DNA of 64,000 nucleotides from assembly GCA_963821525.1 (NCBI GenBank), contig CAWGED010000005.1, forward strand, positions 416,001 through 480,000. Direction: 5' to 3'. This stretch comes from an uncultured Gemmatimonadales bacterium (GTDB lineage: Bacteria > Gemmatimonadota > Gemmatimonadetes > Gemmatimonadales > GWC2-71-9). Shown piece after piece: positions 1-12,398 of this stretch. The notes beneath the pieces were generated by a model. It did no database searches, was not told the DNA's origin, and saw only the letters and a list, made by a program, of their open reading frames with translations. Position 1 is the first letter of the stretch, and every line of letters starts with the position of its first letter. The position numbers and the translations under genes are program-made.

Positions 1-194
1 TCTCCCGCCCCGGTGACAACGGCCGCCCCCACATCCAGCGGAGCCTGGACCCGGCGCAATGAGGAGAACCGCTCTCCAGCACGCTCATCGAGCCTGCCGG
101 TGGCGGGAGTTATCGGGTCGAGAAGCTCGTTGGCAGGGCGGACGACAGCATCCACCGAAACGGCGGCGAGATCAGCAACGACGACCCGGATCAC
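1..194 (-). CDS. Macro domain-containing protein (5' part only; runs off window)
   Basis: Not in the ORF track. Manual translation from GTG at 194 (overlaps TPR stop): MIRVVVADLAAVSVDAVVRPANELLDP...LDVGAAVVTGAG, the typical macro-domain N-terminal pattern (DI..L.VDAIVNAAN ... G.AV.T.AG). Confidence 0.75.
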   Translation of the reverse strand, partial: MIRVVVADLAAVSVDAVVRPANELLDPITPATGRLDERAGERFSSLRRVQAPLDVGAAVVTGAG

Positions 195-991
195 TGGTCA
201 CGGGCCTCACGTGCGCGGCTGTACATCTCCTTCGCCTCGTCCGGCAGGCCCAGCCGATCGAGCACCCGGCCGAGCAGGCGGTAGGTCTTTGCCGAATCGG
301 CATCCAGTCCGGCTGACTGCTCGAGTGCTGTCCTTGCCTCCGCGTAGTCTCCAGCCTGATTGAGCGCTTCCCCGAGATAGTAGTGCGCCTCGGCGTCCCT
401 GGGCTCGAGATCGATCGCCCGCCGGAGAGAGGCTGCCGCGTCGCCGGGGAGGCCCTTCCGCCAGAGAACCAGCCCCAGCGTGAGATGAGCCGTGAAGTGT
501 CCCGGCTGAAGCTTGATGGCGCGACGCAGGTCGGTCTCCGCTTCGGGGTAACGCTTGAGCCGGCCGAGGATGGCGCCGCGGGAAACCAGAAGCGCGGGCT
601 CGTCGGGGCGGGCCCGAAGTGCCGCGGTCAGCTGCTCGAACGCCTCGTCCGGGTTTCCAGACGACTCCAGCAGGAGAGAGAGATTATTGCGCGCGGCAAG
701 ATGCTCCGGCTCCAGCGACAGGATTTCCCGGTAGCGCTGGATCGCCTCGGCAACCCGGCCCTTGCTGGCCGCATCGGCCGCTCGACGGTACAGCCGGTCG
801 GTCGTCGGTTCGTTGGATTCCGGCTCGGTGTTGACCAGATCGTCCTGCGGAACCGCCGCGGCGAAGGGGCGCAGCGAGAACTGCTGATCCGCACCCTCGG
901 GGATGGGATCGGCCTCCAGTCCCCGGGTGCTGAATAGATCGTCAACCACCTGTTCCCGGCCGGTTGCACGGGATCGGCGAGTGCGGCGCAT
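191..991 (-). CDS. Tetratricopeptide repeat protein
   Basis: Successive 34-aa TPR units (A...L...P...A..YLG.AL) from about residue 60 onward. Confidence 0.9.
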   Translation of the reverse strand: MRRTRRSRATGREQVVDDLFSTRGLEADPIPEGADQQFSLRPFAAAVPQDDLVNTEPESNEPTTDRLYRRAADAASKGRVAEAIQRYREILSLEPEHLAARNNLSLLLESSGNPDEAFEQLTAALRARPDEPALLVSRGAILGRLKRYPEAETDLRRAIKLQPGHFTAHLTLGLVLWRKGLPGDAAASLRRAIDLEPRDAEAHYYLGEALNQAGDYAEARTALEQSAGLDADSAKTYRLLGRVLDRLGLPDEAKEMYSRAREARDQ

Positions 992-1049
992 GGCGGACTC
1001 GAAAAGAATGATGCAGTGATGAAAGCGGTGAGCCGCTATCTATCGACTC

Positions 1050-1168
1050 ATAGCTGTTAGCCATTAGCTGTTAGCCCATTAGCGCTACCAGCTTACGGCT
1101 TACGGCCTATGGCTTACGGCCACAACTGCTAACAGCTAATGCTGACGGCTAACAGCTAACAGCTAACC
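1050..1168. repeat. Intergenic imperfect heptamer repeats arranged as an inverted pair (TAGCTGT.../...CTAACAG)
   Basis: TAGCTGTTAG units on the left, GCTTACG units in the middle, CTAACAGCTAAC units on the right; lies between divergent genes. Confidence 0.8.
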
Positions 1169-1321
1169 GAACGTCCCTCAAATGATAAGTACCCCGCCCG
1201 CCCACTGGCATCCCGGCCTTCCGGTGCCGCCAAGCCGGAGTACCTTGGAGTCGCCCTCCCGATTCTGCTTGCTGGCACGCCCCCCGTTTAACGGTTCACG
1301 ACGAACCAGGAAGCCTCCGCG

Positions 1322-2629
1322 GTGACCCAGGCGCCCGTCTCGCACCTTGCCCGTCGTTCGTCCGTCCGGTGGGTCATTCTAGGCCTGCTATTCCTCGCCA
1401 GCTTCGTGGCCTACGTGCTGCGCACCAACATGTCGGTCGCCGGCGAGACCATGATGAAGGATCTGGGCTTCTCCCAGATCCAGCTGGGATTTGTGCTGGC
1501 CGCCTTCGCGTGGGGCTACGCGATCTTTCAGTTCCCGGGCGGCGTCTTCGGCGACCGGATCGGCGGGCGACGGGCGCTCACCATCATCGCGATTGCCTGG
1601 AGCGTCCTGAACATCCTCATTGGGCTGGTTCCCGGACCTGAGTTCCTCAGCGTCACGGCCATCCTCAGCATCCTGATGGTCCTGCGTTTCCTCATGGGTG
1701 CGGCTCAGGCGCCGGTCTATCCGGTGACCGGCGGCGGGACGACCTGCAACTGGTTCCCCGTCAACGGTTGGGCCTTTCCGAATGGACTGAGCAACACCGG
1801 ACTGACGCTCGGCGCCGCTGCGACCGGTCCGTTGATTGTCTGGCTGATCCAGTGGGGAGGATGGCGCGCTTCGTTCCTGCTGACCGCCCCGCTGGGCTTC
1901 CTCATTGCGGCGATCTGGTGGTGGTACGCGAGAGACCGCCCTTCCGAACACCCCAAGGTTAGTGAGAGCGAGCTCGAGTTGATCAACGCCGGGCGCACGG
2001 CGGATCAGACCTGCGAGATCCGTCCCGGCGCCTGGAAACAGGTGATCCGGCATCGCGAGGTCGTGCTGCTCACGGCGAGCTATTTCTCCAGCAACTACGT
2101 CTTCTACTTCTTCTTCAACTGGCTCTTCATCTATCTGGTGGACAGTCGGGGGTTCAAAATTCTGGAAGGCGGCTTCTACGCAGCGGCGCCGTGGATCACC
2201 GGTGCGGTGGGAGCGACCGCTGGCGGTATCCTTGCCGACGTCTGGTCGAAACGCTGGGGAATCAGGCGGGGCACTCGGACAGCAGCAGTCGCAGGACTGC
2301 TGGTCTCTGCGGTGCTGATCGTGGCGGCGGCCATGGCGCGGGATCCGGTTACCGCCGTGGTCTTCCTTTCCTTATGTCTGGCCGGCCAGCAGTTCGCCGA
2401 AGGCGCCTTCTGGGCGGCTACGATTTCTGCGTCGGGACCTCATGCGTCGGCCGGGTGCGGCGTGCTGAATACCGGAGGAAACGTCGTCGGGGGCATCGGT
2501 GCGCTCATGGTGCCACTTACCGTCAAGTACCTGGGATGGCCCATCGCGCTCGCCACCGGATCGGTATTCGCGATAGTTGCGGCACTGCTCTGGTTCTTCA
2601 TCAAGCCCGAAAACGCTCTCAAGGAGTGA
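1322..2629 (+). CDS. MFS transporter (anion:cation symporter / sugar-acid transporter-like)
   Basis: 12-TM pattern, motif [40 protein letters not shown] typical of the ACS family. Confidence 0.85.
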   Translation: MTQAPVSHLARRSSVRWVILGLLFLASFVAYVLRTNMSVAGETMMKDLGFSQIQLGFVLAAFAWGYAIFQFPGGVFGDRIGGRRALTIIAIAWSVLNILIGLVPGPEFLSVTAILSILMVLRFLMGAAQAPVYPVTGGGTTCNWFPVNGWAFPNGLSNTGLTLGAAATGPLIVWLIQWGGWRASFLLTAPLGFLIAAIWWWYARDRPSEHPKVSESELELINAGRTADQTCEIRPGAWKQVIRHREVVLLTASYFSSNYVFYFFFNWLFIYLVDSRGFKILEGGFYAAAPWITGAVGATAGGILADVWSKRWGIRRGTRTAAVAGLLVSAVLIVAAAMARDPVTAVVFLSLCLAGQQFAEGAFWAATISASGPHASAGCGVLNTGGNVVGGIGALMVPLTVKYLGWPIALATGSVFAIVAALLWFFIKPENALKE

Positions 2630-2695
2630 GGAGACAGCCAGCACTGAAGGGTCCGTCTTGAAGCAAGCCGCCTGCCCGGATACGTTCCGAGGCTT

Positions 2696-5615
<2,920 letters not shown>

Positions 5616-5716
5616 CCGGCCCGGGCAGGGGCGGTGACACCAGCTACCCCCGGCTCCGTAGTAGCCCTATCTTCTGCTCCGGCTTTTTCTCTTCACCCGA
5701 TCCGGAAGGTTCCACA

Positions 5717-8014
5717 GTGCGTCGAATCGCTCTTCTTCGGGCAGGGACAATCCACGCGGTCACCCTGCTCGCTCTCGTTGCGCGTCCAGGCTTTTCCCAG
5801 ACTGACGACCCATCACTTCTCTCGGTTCGGCGCATCTACGGCTCGGCCGAATTCAAGCCGGAGATCTTCGGTCCGGCTCGGTGGCTGGCCGGCGGTACCT
5901 CCTACACCATCCAGGAGGACTCGAAGGAGGGCGCGGGCCAGGACATCGTGCGGTACAACACCGAGACCGGCGCGCGAGATGTACTTGTCGCGGCTGCCAA
6001 GCTGGTCCCGGCTGGGGATACCGCCTCGCTCGAGATCGAAGACTACTCCTGGTCCCCGGACCAGAAGCAGCTCCTGATCTTCACCAATTCTCAGCCGGTG
6101 TGGCGGCAGAACACCCGGGGTGACTACTGGGTTCTGGATCTTACCAGCGGAAAGCTGCGGAAGCTCGGCGGCTCGGCGGCTAAGCCGTCCACTCTCATGT
6201 TCGCCAAGTTCTCCCCCGATGGGCGACGGGTCGGATACGTGCGGGAGTTCAATCTCTACGTCGAAGACCTGGCGAGCGGCAAGATCACCCAGCTCACGAG
6301 CGATGGGTCACGCACGGTCATCAACGGCACCTTCGACTGGGTCTACGAAGAGGAATTGGATGACCGGGACGGGTGGCGCTGGAGTCCGGACGGCAAGAGC
6401 ATCGCATTCTGGCAGCTGGTGGCCGACAGCGTGCGCGACTTCAACCTGATCGACTACACCGACTCGCTCTATTCGAAGGTCGTTCCCATCCAGTATCCCA
6501 AGGCCGGCGAGTCGAATTCGGCGGCCCGGGTTGCGGTGGTTGGCGCCGATGGCGGCCCTATCCGCTGGCTCGAGGTGCCCGGCGATCCGCGCAATAACTA
6601 TCTCGCCCGCATGGACTGGGCGGCGAACTCGAACGAGGTCGTCATCCAGCAGCTCGACCGGCTGCAGAACTCGAACACGGTCTGGCTCGGCAGCGCGCAA
6701 ACCGGGAAGGTGCGTCAGATAATCGTCGACACCGACAGCGCCTGGGTTTACGTCAACGACAACCAGGCCTGGCTCAAGGGTGGAAAGAGTTTTCTCTGGA
6801 CCAGTGAGAAGGACGGCTGGGAACACGTCTACGCGGTCTCGCGGGACGGAAAGAGCGAGCGTCTGCTCACGCCGGGCTCCTTCGACGTGCTGGGTGACGG
6901 GGAGGTGGCGGTTGATACCACGGGAGGGTGGCTCTACTACATCGCGTCGCCCGAGAATCCCACTCAGAGTTACCTCTACCGGGTGAGTCTCGACGGCAAG
7001 GGTAAGGCGGAACGGGTGACTCCGCCTGGCCAGTCCGGCACTCACCGCTACGACATCAGTCCCAACGCTCGCTATGCCTTTCATTACTACACGAAATTCG
7101 GCACTCCGACGACGGTAGACCTGGTCAGACTGCCGACCCATCAGTCGGTGCGGGTTCTGGCGGAGAACCAGGCGCTCAAGCAGAAAGTCGCAGCCCTCCG
7201 CAAAGGTCCTCAGGAGTTCTTCCAGGTGGATGTGGGAGACGGCGTGAAGCTGAACGGCTGGATCATCAAGCCGCCCGACTTCAATCCCAGCCGCAAGTAT
7301 CCGATTCTCTTCACGGTGTACGGCGGTCCGGGATCACAGACCGTGCTCGACCTGTGGGGCGGCTCGACCTACCTGTGGCACCTGATGCTTGCGCAGAAGG
7401 GATACCTGGTCGCGAGCGTGGATAACCGGGGCACTGGAGGCCGTGGGCGCGACTGGCGCAAGATCATTTACCGCCGGATGGGCGTGATCGAAACCCAGGA
7501 TCAGGCCAACGCGGCCCGGGCGATCGGCCGGTGGTCCTACGTGGACTCTACCCGTATGGGGATCTGGGGCTGGAGCTACGGCGGGTTCATGAGCCTGAAC
7601 GGCCTCTTCCAGGCGCCGGATGTGTACTCCATGGCGATCGCGGTCGCTCCGGTGACCCACTGGAAGTTCTATGACAACATCTACACCGAGCGGTACAACG
7701 GCCTGCCCAAGGACAATAAGGAAGGGTACGATGCCGGGTCCCCGCTCACTTACGTGAACCAGATGAAGGGGCGGTTGCTCCTGGTCCACGGCACCGGGGA
7801 CGACAACGTGCATTACCAGAACACCGAGTCTCTGGTGAACGCGTTGGTTGCGGCAAACAAACAGTTCGAGTTCATGAGCTACCCCAACCGCAACCACGGC
7901 ATCTTCGGTGGCAACACCACGGTTCACCTCCGCGATCTGCTGACTCATTTCGTGGATGAGACCCTCGGCACCCCGCGGATGGTGCCCCATGCGGCGGAGG
8001 CGCTGACGAATTAG
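5717..8014 (+). CDS. S9B family dipeptidyl peptidase IV-like secreted peptidase
   Basis: Signal peptide, DWVYEEE, YPKAG, nucleophile GWSYGG, HGTGDDNVH, catalytic His in YPNRNHGI. Confidence 0.95.
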   Translation: MRRIALLRAGTIHAVTLLALVARPGFSQTDDPSLLSVRRIYGSAEFKPEIFGPARWLAGGTSYTIQEDSKEGAGQDIVRYNTETGARDVLVAAAKLVPAGDTASLEIEDYSWSPDQKQLLIFTNSQPVWRQNTRGDYWVLDLTSGKLRKLGGSAAKPSTLMFAKFSPDGRRVGYVREFNLYVEDLASGKITQLTSDGSRTVINGTFDWVYEEELDDRDGWRWSPDGKSIAFWQLVADSVRDFNLIDYTDSLYSKVVPIQYPKAGESNSAARVAVVGADGGPIRWLEVPGDPRNNYLARMDWAANSNEVVIQQLDRLQNSNTVWLGSAQTGKVRQIIVDTDSAWVYVNDNQAWLKGGKSFLWTSEKDGWEHVYAVSRDGKSERLLTPGSFDVLGDGEVAVDTTGGWLYYIASPENPTQSYLYRVSLDGKGKAERVTPPGQSGTHRYDISPNARYAFHYYTKFGTPTTVDLVRLPTHQSVRVLAENQALKQKVAALRKGPQEFFQVDVGDGVKLNGWIIKPPDFNPSRKYPILFTVYGGPGSQTVLDLWGGSTYLWHLMLAQKGYLVASVDNRGTGGRGRDWRKIIYRRMGVIETQDQANAARAIGRWSYVDSTRMGIWGWSYGGFMSLNGLFQAPDVYSMAIAVAPVTHWKFYDNIYTERYNGLPKDNKEGYDAGSPLTYVNQMKGRLLLVHGTGDDNVHYQNTESLVNALVAANKQFEFMSYPNRNHGIFGGNTTVHLRDLLTHFVDETLGTPRMVPHAAEALTN

Positions 8015-8020
8015 TTGGGC

Positions 8021-8159
8021 AGACGGCTAGACGGATAGACGGATAAGGCATCCAGCTCGGGGGAAGCTCCCAGAGCCTTATCCGTCTGTCCGTCTAACCG
8101 TCTCGTCCGCCCTGTCCGCCCTGTCCCCCTGTCCGTCTGTCCGCCTGTCCGTCCTGCCG
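8021..8159. repeat. Octamer-repeat hairpin (ACGGATAG... / ...CTGTCCGT) followed by CCCTGTCCG repeats
   Basis: GACGGCTAGACGGATAGACGGATAAGGC pairs with GCCTTATCCGTCTGTCCGTCTAACCGTC immediately after the peptidase stop. Confidence 0.85.
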
Positions 8160-8195
8160 CTACATTTTCACCATCCCCCTGCTGCGAGGTCCTCT

Positions 8196-8411
8196 ATGAC
8201 CTACGAGCAAATCGTCTCTGTGCTGGGCTACGCCAACGACCACGACATGGCTGTGCGGATCCTGACTACGACCGAAATGGAGGTCACCGGCATCCCCACG
8301 AGCGTGGACACCGACATCGCTGCTCATGAGGTCTATTTGCGGCCGGTGGGCGAGGACGAGACGGAAATCGCGCTGAGCCTGGGGGTCATCCAAAGCGTGG
8401 AGCTGGTCTAA
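8196..8411 (+). CDS. Small acidic hypothetical protein (71 aa)
   Basis: RBS GAGG upstream; stop overlaps sdaAB start (TAATG). Confidence 0.7.
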   Translation: MTYEQIVSVLGYANDHDMAVRILTTTEMEVTGIPTSVDTDIAAHEVYLRPVGEDETEIALSLGVIQSVELV

Positions 8412-9076
8412 TGGTCTCTCTGCTCGACATCATCGGGCCGGTCATGGTGGGGCCGTCGTCCTCCCATACGGCCGGCGCCTGCCGGATCGGCCTGTTCGCC
8501 CGCGGCCTCGTAGGCGGCCAGCCGGATAGTGCGAAAGTCGAGCTCCACGGATCCTTCGCCCGCACCGGCCAGGGCCATGGGACCGACCGCGCCATCGCGG
8601 GCGGGCTCATGGGATTCTTCCCCGATGACGAGCGGCTCCGCCACAGCCTCGAGCTGGCCGAGCAGGTCGGTTTCGCCATCACCTTCAGTAACACCAAGCT
8701 CCGGGGCGACCCTCATCCCAACACCGCGCGAATCACCGTCATCCGCGACAAACAGGAAGCGGTCGTGGTCGGTTCCTCACTGGGTGCGGGACGCGTCCTC
8801 ATCACCAACATCGATGGATTTCCGGTCGAAGTGACCGGAGCCTATCCCACTCTGGTATTCGTCGCCCACGATGTGCCTGGCATCGTCGCTGCGGTGAGCA
8901 CACTCCTGGCCCGGGAGGGCGACAACATCGCCACGATGCGGGTGTCACGGCGGACCAAGGGCGGGCAGGCGATTCATATCTACGAGCTCGACGCCCCGGC
9001 GAGCGCAGGCGCACTCGATGCCATGCGTGCCGTCCCCGCCATCGTGATGCTGCGCTCTATTCAGCGAGTGTCCTGA
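8411..9076 (+). CDS. sdaAB: L-serine dehydratase, iron-sulfur-dependent, beta subunit (with ACT domain)
   Basis: DIIGPVMVGPSSSHTAGACRIG, HGSFARTGQGHGTDRA, HPNTA, C-terminal ACT (HDVPGIVA...NIATM). Confidence 0.95.
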   Translation: MVSLLDIIGPVMVGPSSSHTAGACRIGLFARGLVGGQPDSAKVELHGSFARTGQGHGTDRAIAGGLMGFFPDDERLRHSLELAEQVGFAITFSNTKLRGDPHPNTARITVIRDKQEAVVVGSSLGAGRVLITNIDGFPVEVTGAYPTLVFVAHDVPGIVAAVSTLLAREGDNIATMRVSRRTKGGQAIHIYELDAPASAGALDAMRAVPAIVMLRSIQRVS

Positions 9077-9951
9077 TGTACGATTCGCTCGCCGAGGCGG
9101 TAACCCAGGCGCAAACCGACGGAATCTCTCTGGGCGAGCTTGCGCTCCGCGCCGAAGTGGCTGAAGGGCTCCGCAGCCGCGCGGAGGTGGAGTCGGCTCT
9201 TCAGCGGGCGCTGGACGTGATGCGCAGCGCGGTCGCACGAGGCCTCCCCGGGGACCTCCGCAGCGTGAGCGGCCTGGTCGGTGGCGACGCCGCGAAGATG
9301 AGCAAACCAGTCGGCCCTCTTGCCGGCACCGTCTTCACCGAAGTTCTCGCGGCCGCGCTCGCCGTGCAGGAAGTCAACGCGGCCATGGGAGTGATCGTGG
9401 CCGCTCCTACCGCCGGAGGTGCCGGCGTTCTGCCCGGTGTGCTCCTCGGTCTCTCCAAGCGCAATTCGATCAGTGACGAGAAGCTGATCCACGGTCTCGC
9501 CGCCGCCGGCCTGGTTGGGGCCGTCGTTGCGGTGAGAGCTTCCTTGAGTGGCGCCGAGGGAGGATGTCAGGCGGAGACCGGCGCCGCGGCGGGGATGGCG
9601 GCTGCGGCCGGGATCGAAGTCCTTGGCGGGACGCCGGAGGAGGCCTCCCACGCCGTCGCCCTCACGATGCAAGGCACGCTGGGTCTGGTCTGCGATCCGC
9701 TCGGCGGCCTGGTCGAAATTCCCTGTGTCTTCCGCAACGCCACCGGTGGGGCGATGGCCTTGGCGGGCATCGAGATGGCATTGGCCGGGATCCGATTCCC
9801 GATCCCCGCGGACGAGGTCATCGACACCATGGGTGAGATCGGCCGCACGATGGACGTCCGTTATCGGGAGACCGCCGGCGGGGGACTGGCTGCGACTCCC
9901 ACTGGCCGGCGGCTGGCCAAGGAAAGGCTGGTCCAAATCCGCAAGAAATAG
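9076..9951 (+). CDS. sdaAA: L-serine dehydratase, iron-sulfur-dependent, alpha subunit
   Basis: EVNAAMGVIVAAPTAG, SGAEGGCQAETG, GLVCDPLGGLVEIPC, RETAGGGLAATPTG. Confidence 0.95.
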   Translation: MYDSLAEAVTQAQTDGISLGELALRAEVAEGLRSRAEVESALQRALDVMRSAVARGLPGDLRSVSGLVGGDAAKMSKPVGPLAGTVFTEVLAAALAVQEVNAAMGVIVAAPTAGGAGVLPGVLLGLSKRNSISDEKLIHGLAAAGLVGAVVAVRASLSGAEGGCQAETGAAAGMAAAAGIEVLGGTPEEASHAVALTMQGTLGLVCDPLGGLVEIPCVFRNATGGAMALAGIEMALAGIRFPIPADEVIDTMGEIGRTMDVRYRETAGGGLAATPTGRRLAKERLVQIRKK

Positions 9952-9963
9952 CGTCTGAAGCGA

Positions 9964-9990
9964 TGAAACAACCTGAAACGTCCCGCCGTA
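9964..9990 (+). promoter_or_regulatory. Candidate ECF-sigma promoter (TGAAAC-N17-CGTA)
   Basis: TGAAAC 9964-9969 and CGTA 9987-9990, about 90 bp upstream of the first array gene; resembles the SigW-type consensus TGAAAC-N16/17-CGTA. Confidence 0.4.
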
Positions 9991-10078
9991 GGTCGCAGTG
10001 CCGCATGGAGACCGCCGGTCTCCCTCTGCCTGAAAACTCGAGATCTGGGCTGGGCCGATCCTTGGCTCCGGGGGTGAA

Positions 10079-10333
10079 ATGAACGTTGCCGACGCATTGG
10101 TTCCGATGACGTTTTTCATCTCGGTCGCCGCGATTTTCATATCGCGCAGCGAGATCGGAAAGGCCTTTGCGCAGCGGATTCGCGGCGGGACCGATCGCGA
10201 CACGCAACTCCAGCTCGAAGATCTGAGGCAGGAGGTCGCGGTGCTCCGGCAGGAGCTGGGCGAGACCCAGGAACGACTCGACTTTGCGGAGCGCCTGCTG
10301 GCCAAAGGCGGCTCCGCGGGTCAGCTGTCGTGA
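10079..10333 (+). CDS. Small TM + coiled-coil protein, array copy 1 (PspB-like)
   Basis: N-terminal TM helix, IGKAFAQRIRGG, C-terminal ELGETQERLDFAERLLA. Confidence 0.85.
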   Translation: MNVADALVPMTFFISVAAIFISRSEIGKAFAQRIRGGTDRDTQLQLEDLRQEVAVLRQELGETQERLDFAERLLAKGGSAGQLS

Positions 10334-10343
10334 CGGAATACCG

Positions 10344-10649
10344 ATGACACAGGGTCCCGGTCCCGACACGCTGGTTCCGATCTTCGGGATGATCACCGGG
10401 GTCATCACGACCGGGCTGTTTTTCCTGGGTATCGTCAAGCTGGCGCAGAGTCAGGTAGGATCGGCGCTGGCCCGGCGGATTCAGGGACATTCAGGTGGGG
10501 TCGAGGCCGAGTTCGCCGCCGAGTTGAATTATCTGAGAGATCAGGTGGACGGCCTGCGACATGAGCTGACCGAAACCCAGGAACGGCTGGACTTCGCCGA
10601 GCGGATGCTGGCGAAGGGACGCACACCCGAGCGCCTGCCGGGTAACTGA
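10344..10649 (+). CDS. Small TM + coiled-coil protein, array copy 2 (PspB-like)
   Basis: ATG 10344 MTQGPGPDTLVPIFG..., VGSALARRIQG, ELTETQERLDFAERMLA. Confidence 0.85.
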   Translation: MTQGPGPDTLVPIFGMITGVITTGLFFLGIVKLAQSQVGSALARRIQGHSGGVEAEFAAELNYLRDQVDGLRHELTETQERLDFAERMLAKGRTPERLPGN

Positions 10650-10663
10650 GCCAGAGGTGAACG

Positions 10664-10918
10664 GTGGAAGACATTCTCGCACTACTGCTCATCTTCGGTG
10701 GCGGAACCCTCGTAGCGATCTCGTTCAGCCCGGTGGGTCGCGCCTTCGCCGAGCGGATTCGCGGCGGGCATTCGTCGAGCGAGCCCGATCCGGCGGTACT
10801 CGAGGAGCTGGATCGGATTCGCACCGAGCTCGGCGAGCTCCAGGAGCGGGTCGATTTCACCGAGCGCCTGCTGGCCAAGACCCGGGAGCAGGAGCGGATC
10901 GGCGGAGGAGATAACTGA
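10664..10918 (+). CDS. Small TM + coiled-coil protein, array copy 3 (PspB-like)
   Basis: RBS GAGGTG, TM, VGRAFAERIRGG, ELGELQERVDFTERLLA. Confidence 0.85.
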   Translation: MEDILALLLIFGGGTLVAISFSPVGRAFAERIRGGHSSSEPDPAVLEELDRIRTELGELQERVDFTERLLAKTREQERIGGGDN

Positions 10919-11169
10919 TGGAAGGTGTGCTCTTCATTATCATCGTATTCGGTGGCGGCATGGTCATGCTGCTGTCGAAAAGTGACATTGGCCGCGCCCT
11001 GGCCGAGCGAATCCGCGGAGTGAGTCCCAACGCTTCCGCCGATCCGGCCCTGCAGGAGGAAGTGGAGCGGCTGCGCCATGAGGTCAGCGAACTGCAGGAG
11101 CGGATGGATTTCGCCGAGCGGATGCTGGCCCAGCAACGAGAGCAGGAGCGGTTACCGGGAGGTCATTGA
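10918..11169 (+). CDS. Small TM + coiled-coil protein, array copy 4 (PspB-like)
   Basis: TGATG coupling, TM, IGRALAERIRG, EVSELQERMDFAERMLA. Confidence 0.85.
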   Translation: MEGVLFIIIVFGGGMVMLLSKSDIGRALAERIRGVSPNASADPALQEEVERLRHEVSELQERMDFAERMLAQQREQERLPGGH

Positions 11170-11529
11170 TGATTCAGGTCACGGTGCAGGTACCCGACAT
11201 TCCGGTTCCGCCGAATCCGCCCGATCCGTTCTTCGTGCCGCCGCCATGGGTGACGCTGCCTCCGCAGGTCGTGCTGCTGATCTCCGATAGCGTTCATTGC
11301 CGGAGTCACGATCGTGCTGTGGCCGCTGATGCGGGCATTCGCCCGGCGGATCGAAGGCCGGGGGGTGAATCCCGCCCTTCAGGGCGAGATCGACCAACTC
11401 CGGGCTCGGGTGGCCGACGTGGAGGTCTTGCAGCACCGGGTGGCGGAGTTGGAGGAACGAGTCGATTTCGCCGAACGTCTGCTCGCCCAGAAGCGTGAGC
11501 CGGAGCGGCTCGGCCGGGGCGGCGTGTGA
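11169..11529 (+). CDS. Small TM + coiled-coil protein, array copy 5, Pro-rich N-terminus (frameshift near 11285)
   Basis: MIQVTVQVPDIPVPPNPPDPFFVPPPW... joined to LWPLMRAFARRIEG...RVAELEERVDFAERLLA. Confidence 0.8.
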
Positions 11530-11536
11530 GGGCAAG

Positions 11537-11821
11537 ATGGATTTCGAATCGATTGTCAAAATCATCGTCGTGGCGATCACCGTCGTGGGAGTTCCGGTGG
11601 CGGCGTACGCAGCGATTGTCGCGACTAGAGCGATCTGGGTGAAGCCTGGCCAGCAGGGAGACAAGGTCGAGGAGCTCGGTCAGGAAGTGGAGGCACTTCG
11701 CTCCCGGCTGAATGAGGTGGAGGCGCAGCAGAGCCATATCGCGGAGCTCGAGGAACGACTCGATTTTGCCGAGCGGTTGCTGGCTCAGTCTCGCGAGCCT
11801 GACCGGCTTCCGAGAGCCTGA
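11537..11821 (+). CDS. Small TM + coiled-coil protein, array copy 6 (PspB-like)
   Basis: MDFESIVKIIVVAITVVGVPVAAYAAIV..., HIAELEERLDFAERLLA. Confidence 0.85.
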   Translation: MDFESIVKIIVVAITVVGVPVAAYAAIVATRAIWVKPGQQGDKVEELGQEVEALRSRLNEVEAQQSHIAELEERLDFAERLLAQSREPDRLPRA

Positions 11822-11830
11822 GGAGAAAAA

Positions 11831-12110
11831 ATGGGTGATGGCCTGGGAGACTTCGCGTTCTGGGGCGCCATAGGCGTTATCGGGTTGGCCCTGCTGAACG
11901 GTCCCATCGGACGGGCCGTGGCAGGCTCGGCTTCAGGGTCGCAAAGCGGCCCCGCCCGATGAAGGCAGGGTGCGCGAGCTCGAGGCGCGAGTGGCGGATC
12001 TGGAGCAATCCCAGGCCAGGCTGGCCGAAGTTGAAGAGCGGCTCGACTTCAACGAGCGGATGCTGGCCAGCCAGCGAGACGCGGCGCGGCTCGGAGAGGG
12101 AAGCCAATGA
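11831..12110 (+). CDS. Small TM + coiled-coil protein, array copy 7 (frameshift near 11923)
   Basis: RBS AGGAG; MGDGLGDFAFWGAIGVIGLALLNGPIGRAVA, then a +1 shift to ARLQG...RLAEVEERLDFNERMLASQRDAARLGEGSQ*; missed by the ORF track. Confidence 0.8.
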
Positions 12111-12398
12111 GGGACGACTTGGTCAAGGTCGCGGTGGTGCTGTTCATGGTCATCGGCGTGCCGATGCTCTCGATCTTCGTGCTGCCACCGTTGGCGAAGG
12201 CCTGGGCCCGCAGGCTGGAAGGCCGTACCGGAAGGCAGGACGATGAAACGGCCGCGGAGCTGGCCGACCTCCAGGCCCGGGTCGGTGAGCTCGCCGATCT
12301 GCAGGCCAGGATGGCGGAGCTCGAGGAACGGCTGGAATTCGCCGAACGGCTTCTGGCTACCCGGCGGGAAGCCGATCAGTTACCGGGCGTCGCGATGA
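12107..12398 (+). CDS. Small TM + coiled-coil protein, array copy 8 (true stop probably TGA 12396-12398)
   Basis: MRDDLVKVAVVLFMVIGVP..., LAKAWARRLEG, RMAELEERLEFAERLLA; as sequenced it reads into copy 9, and removing one G restores an ATGA overlap. Confidence 0.8.
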
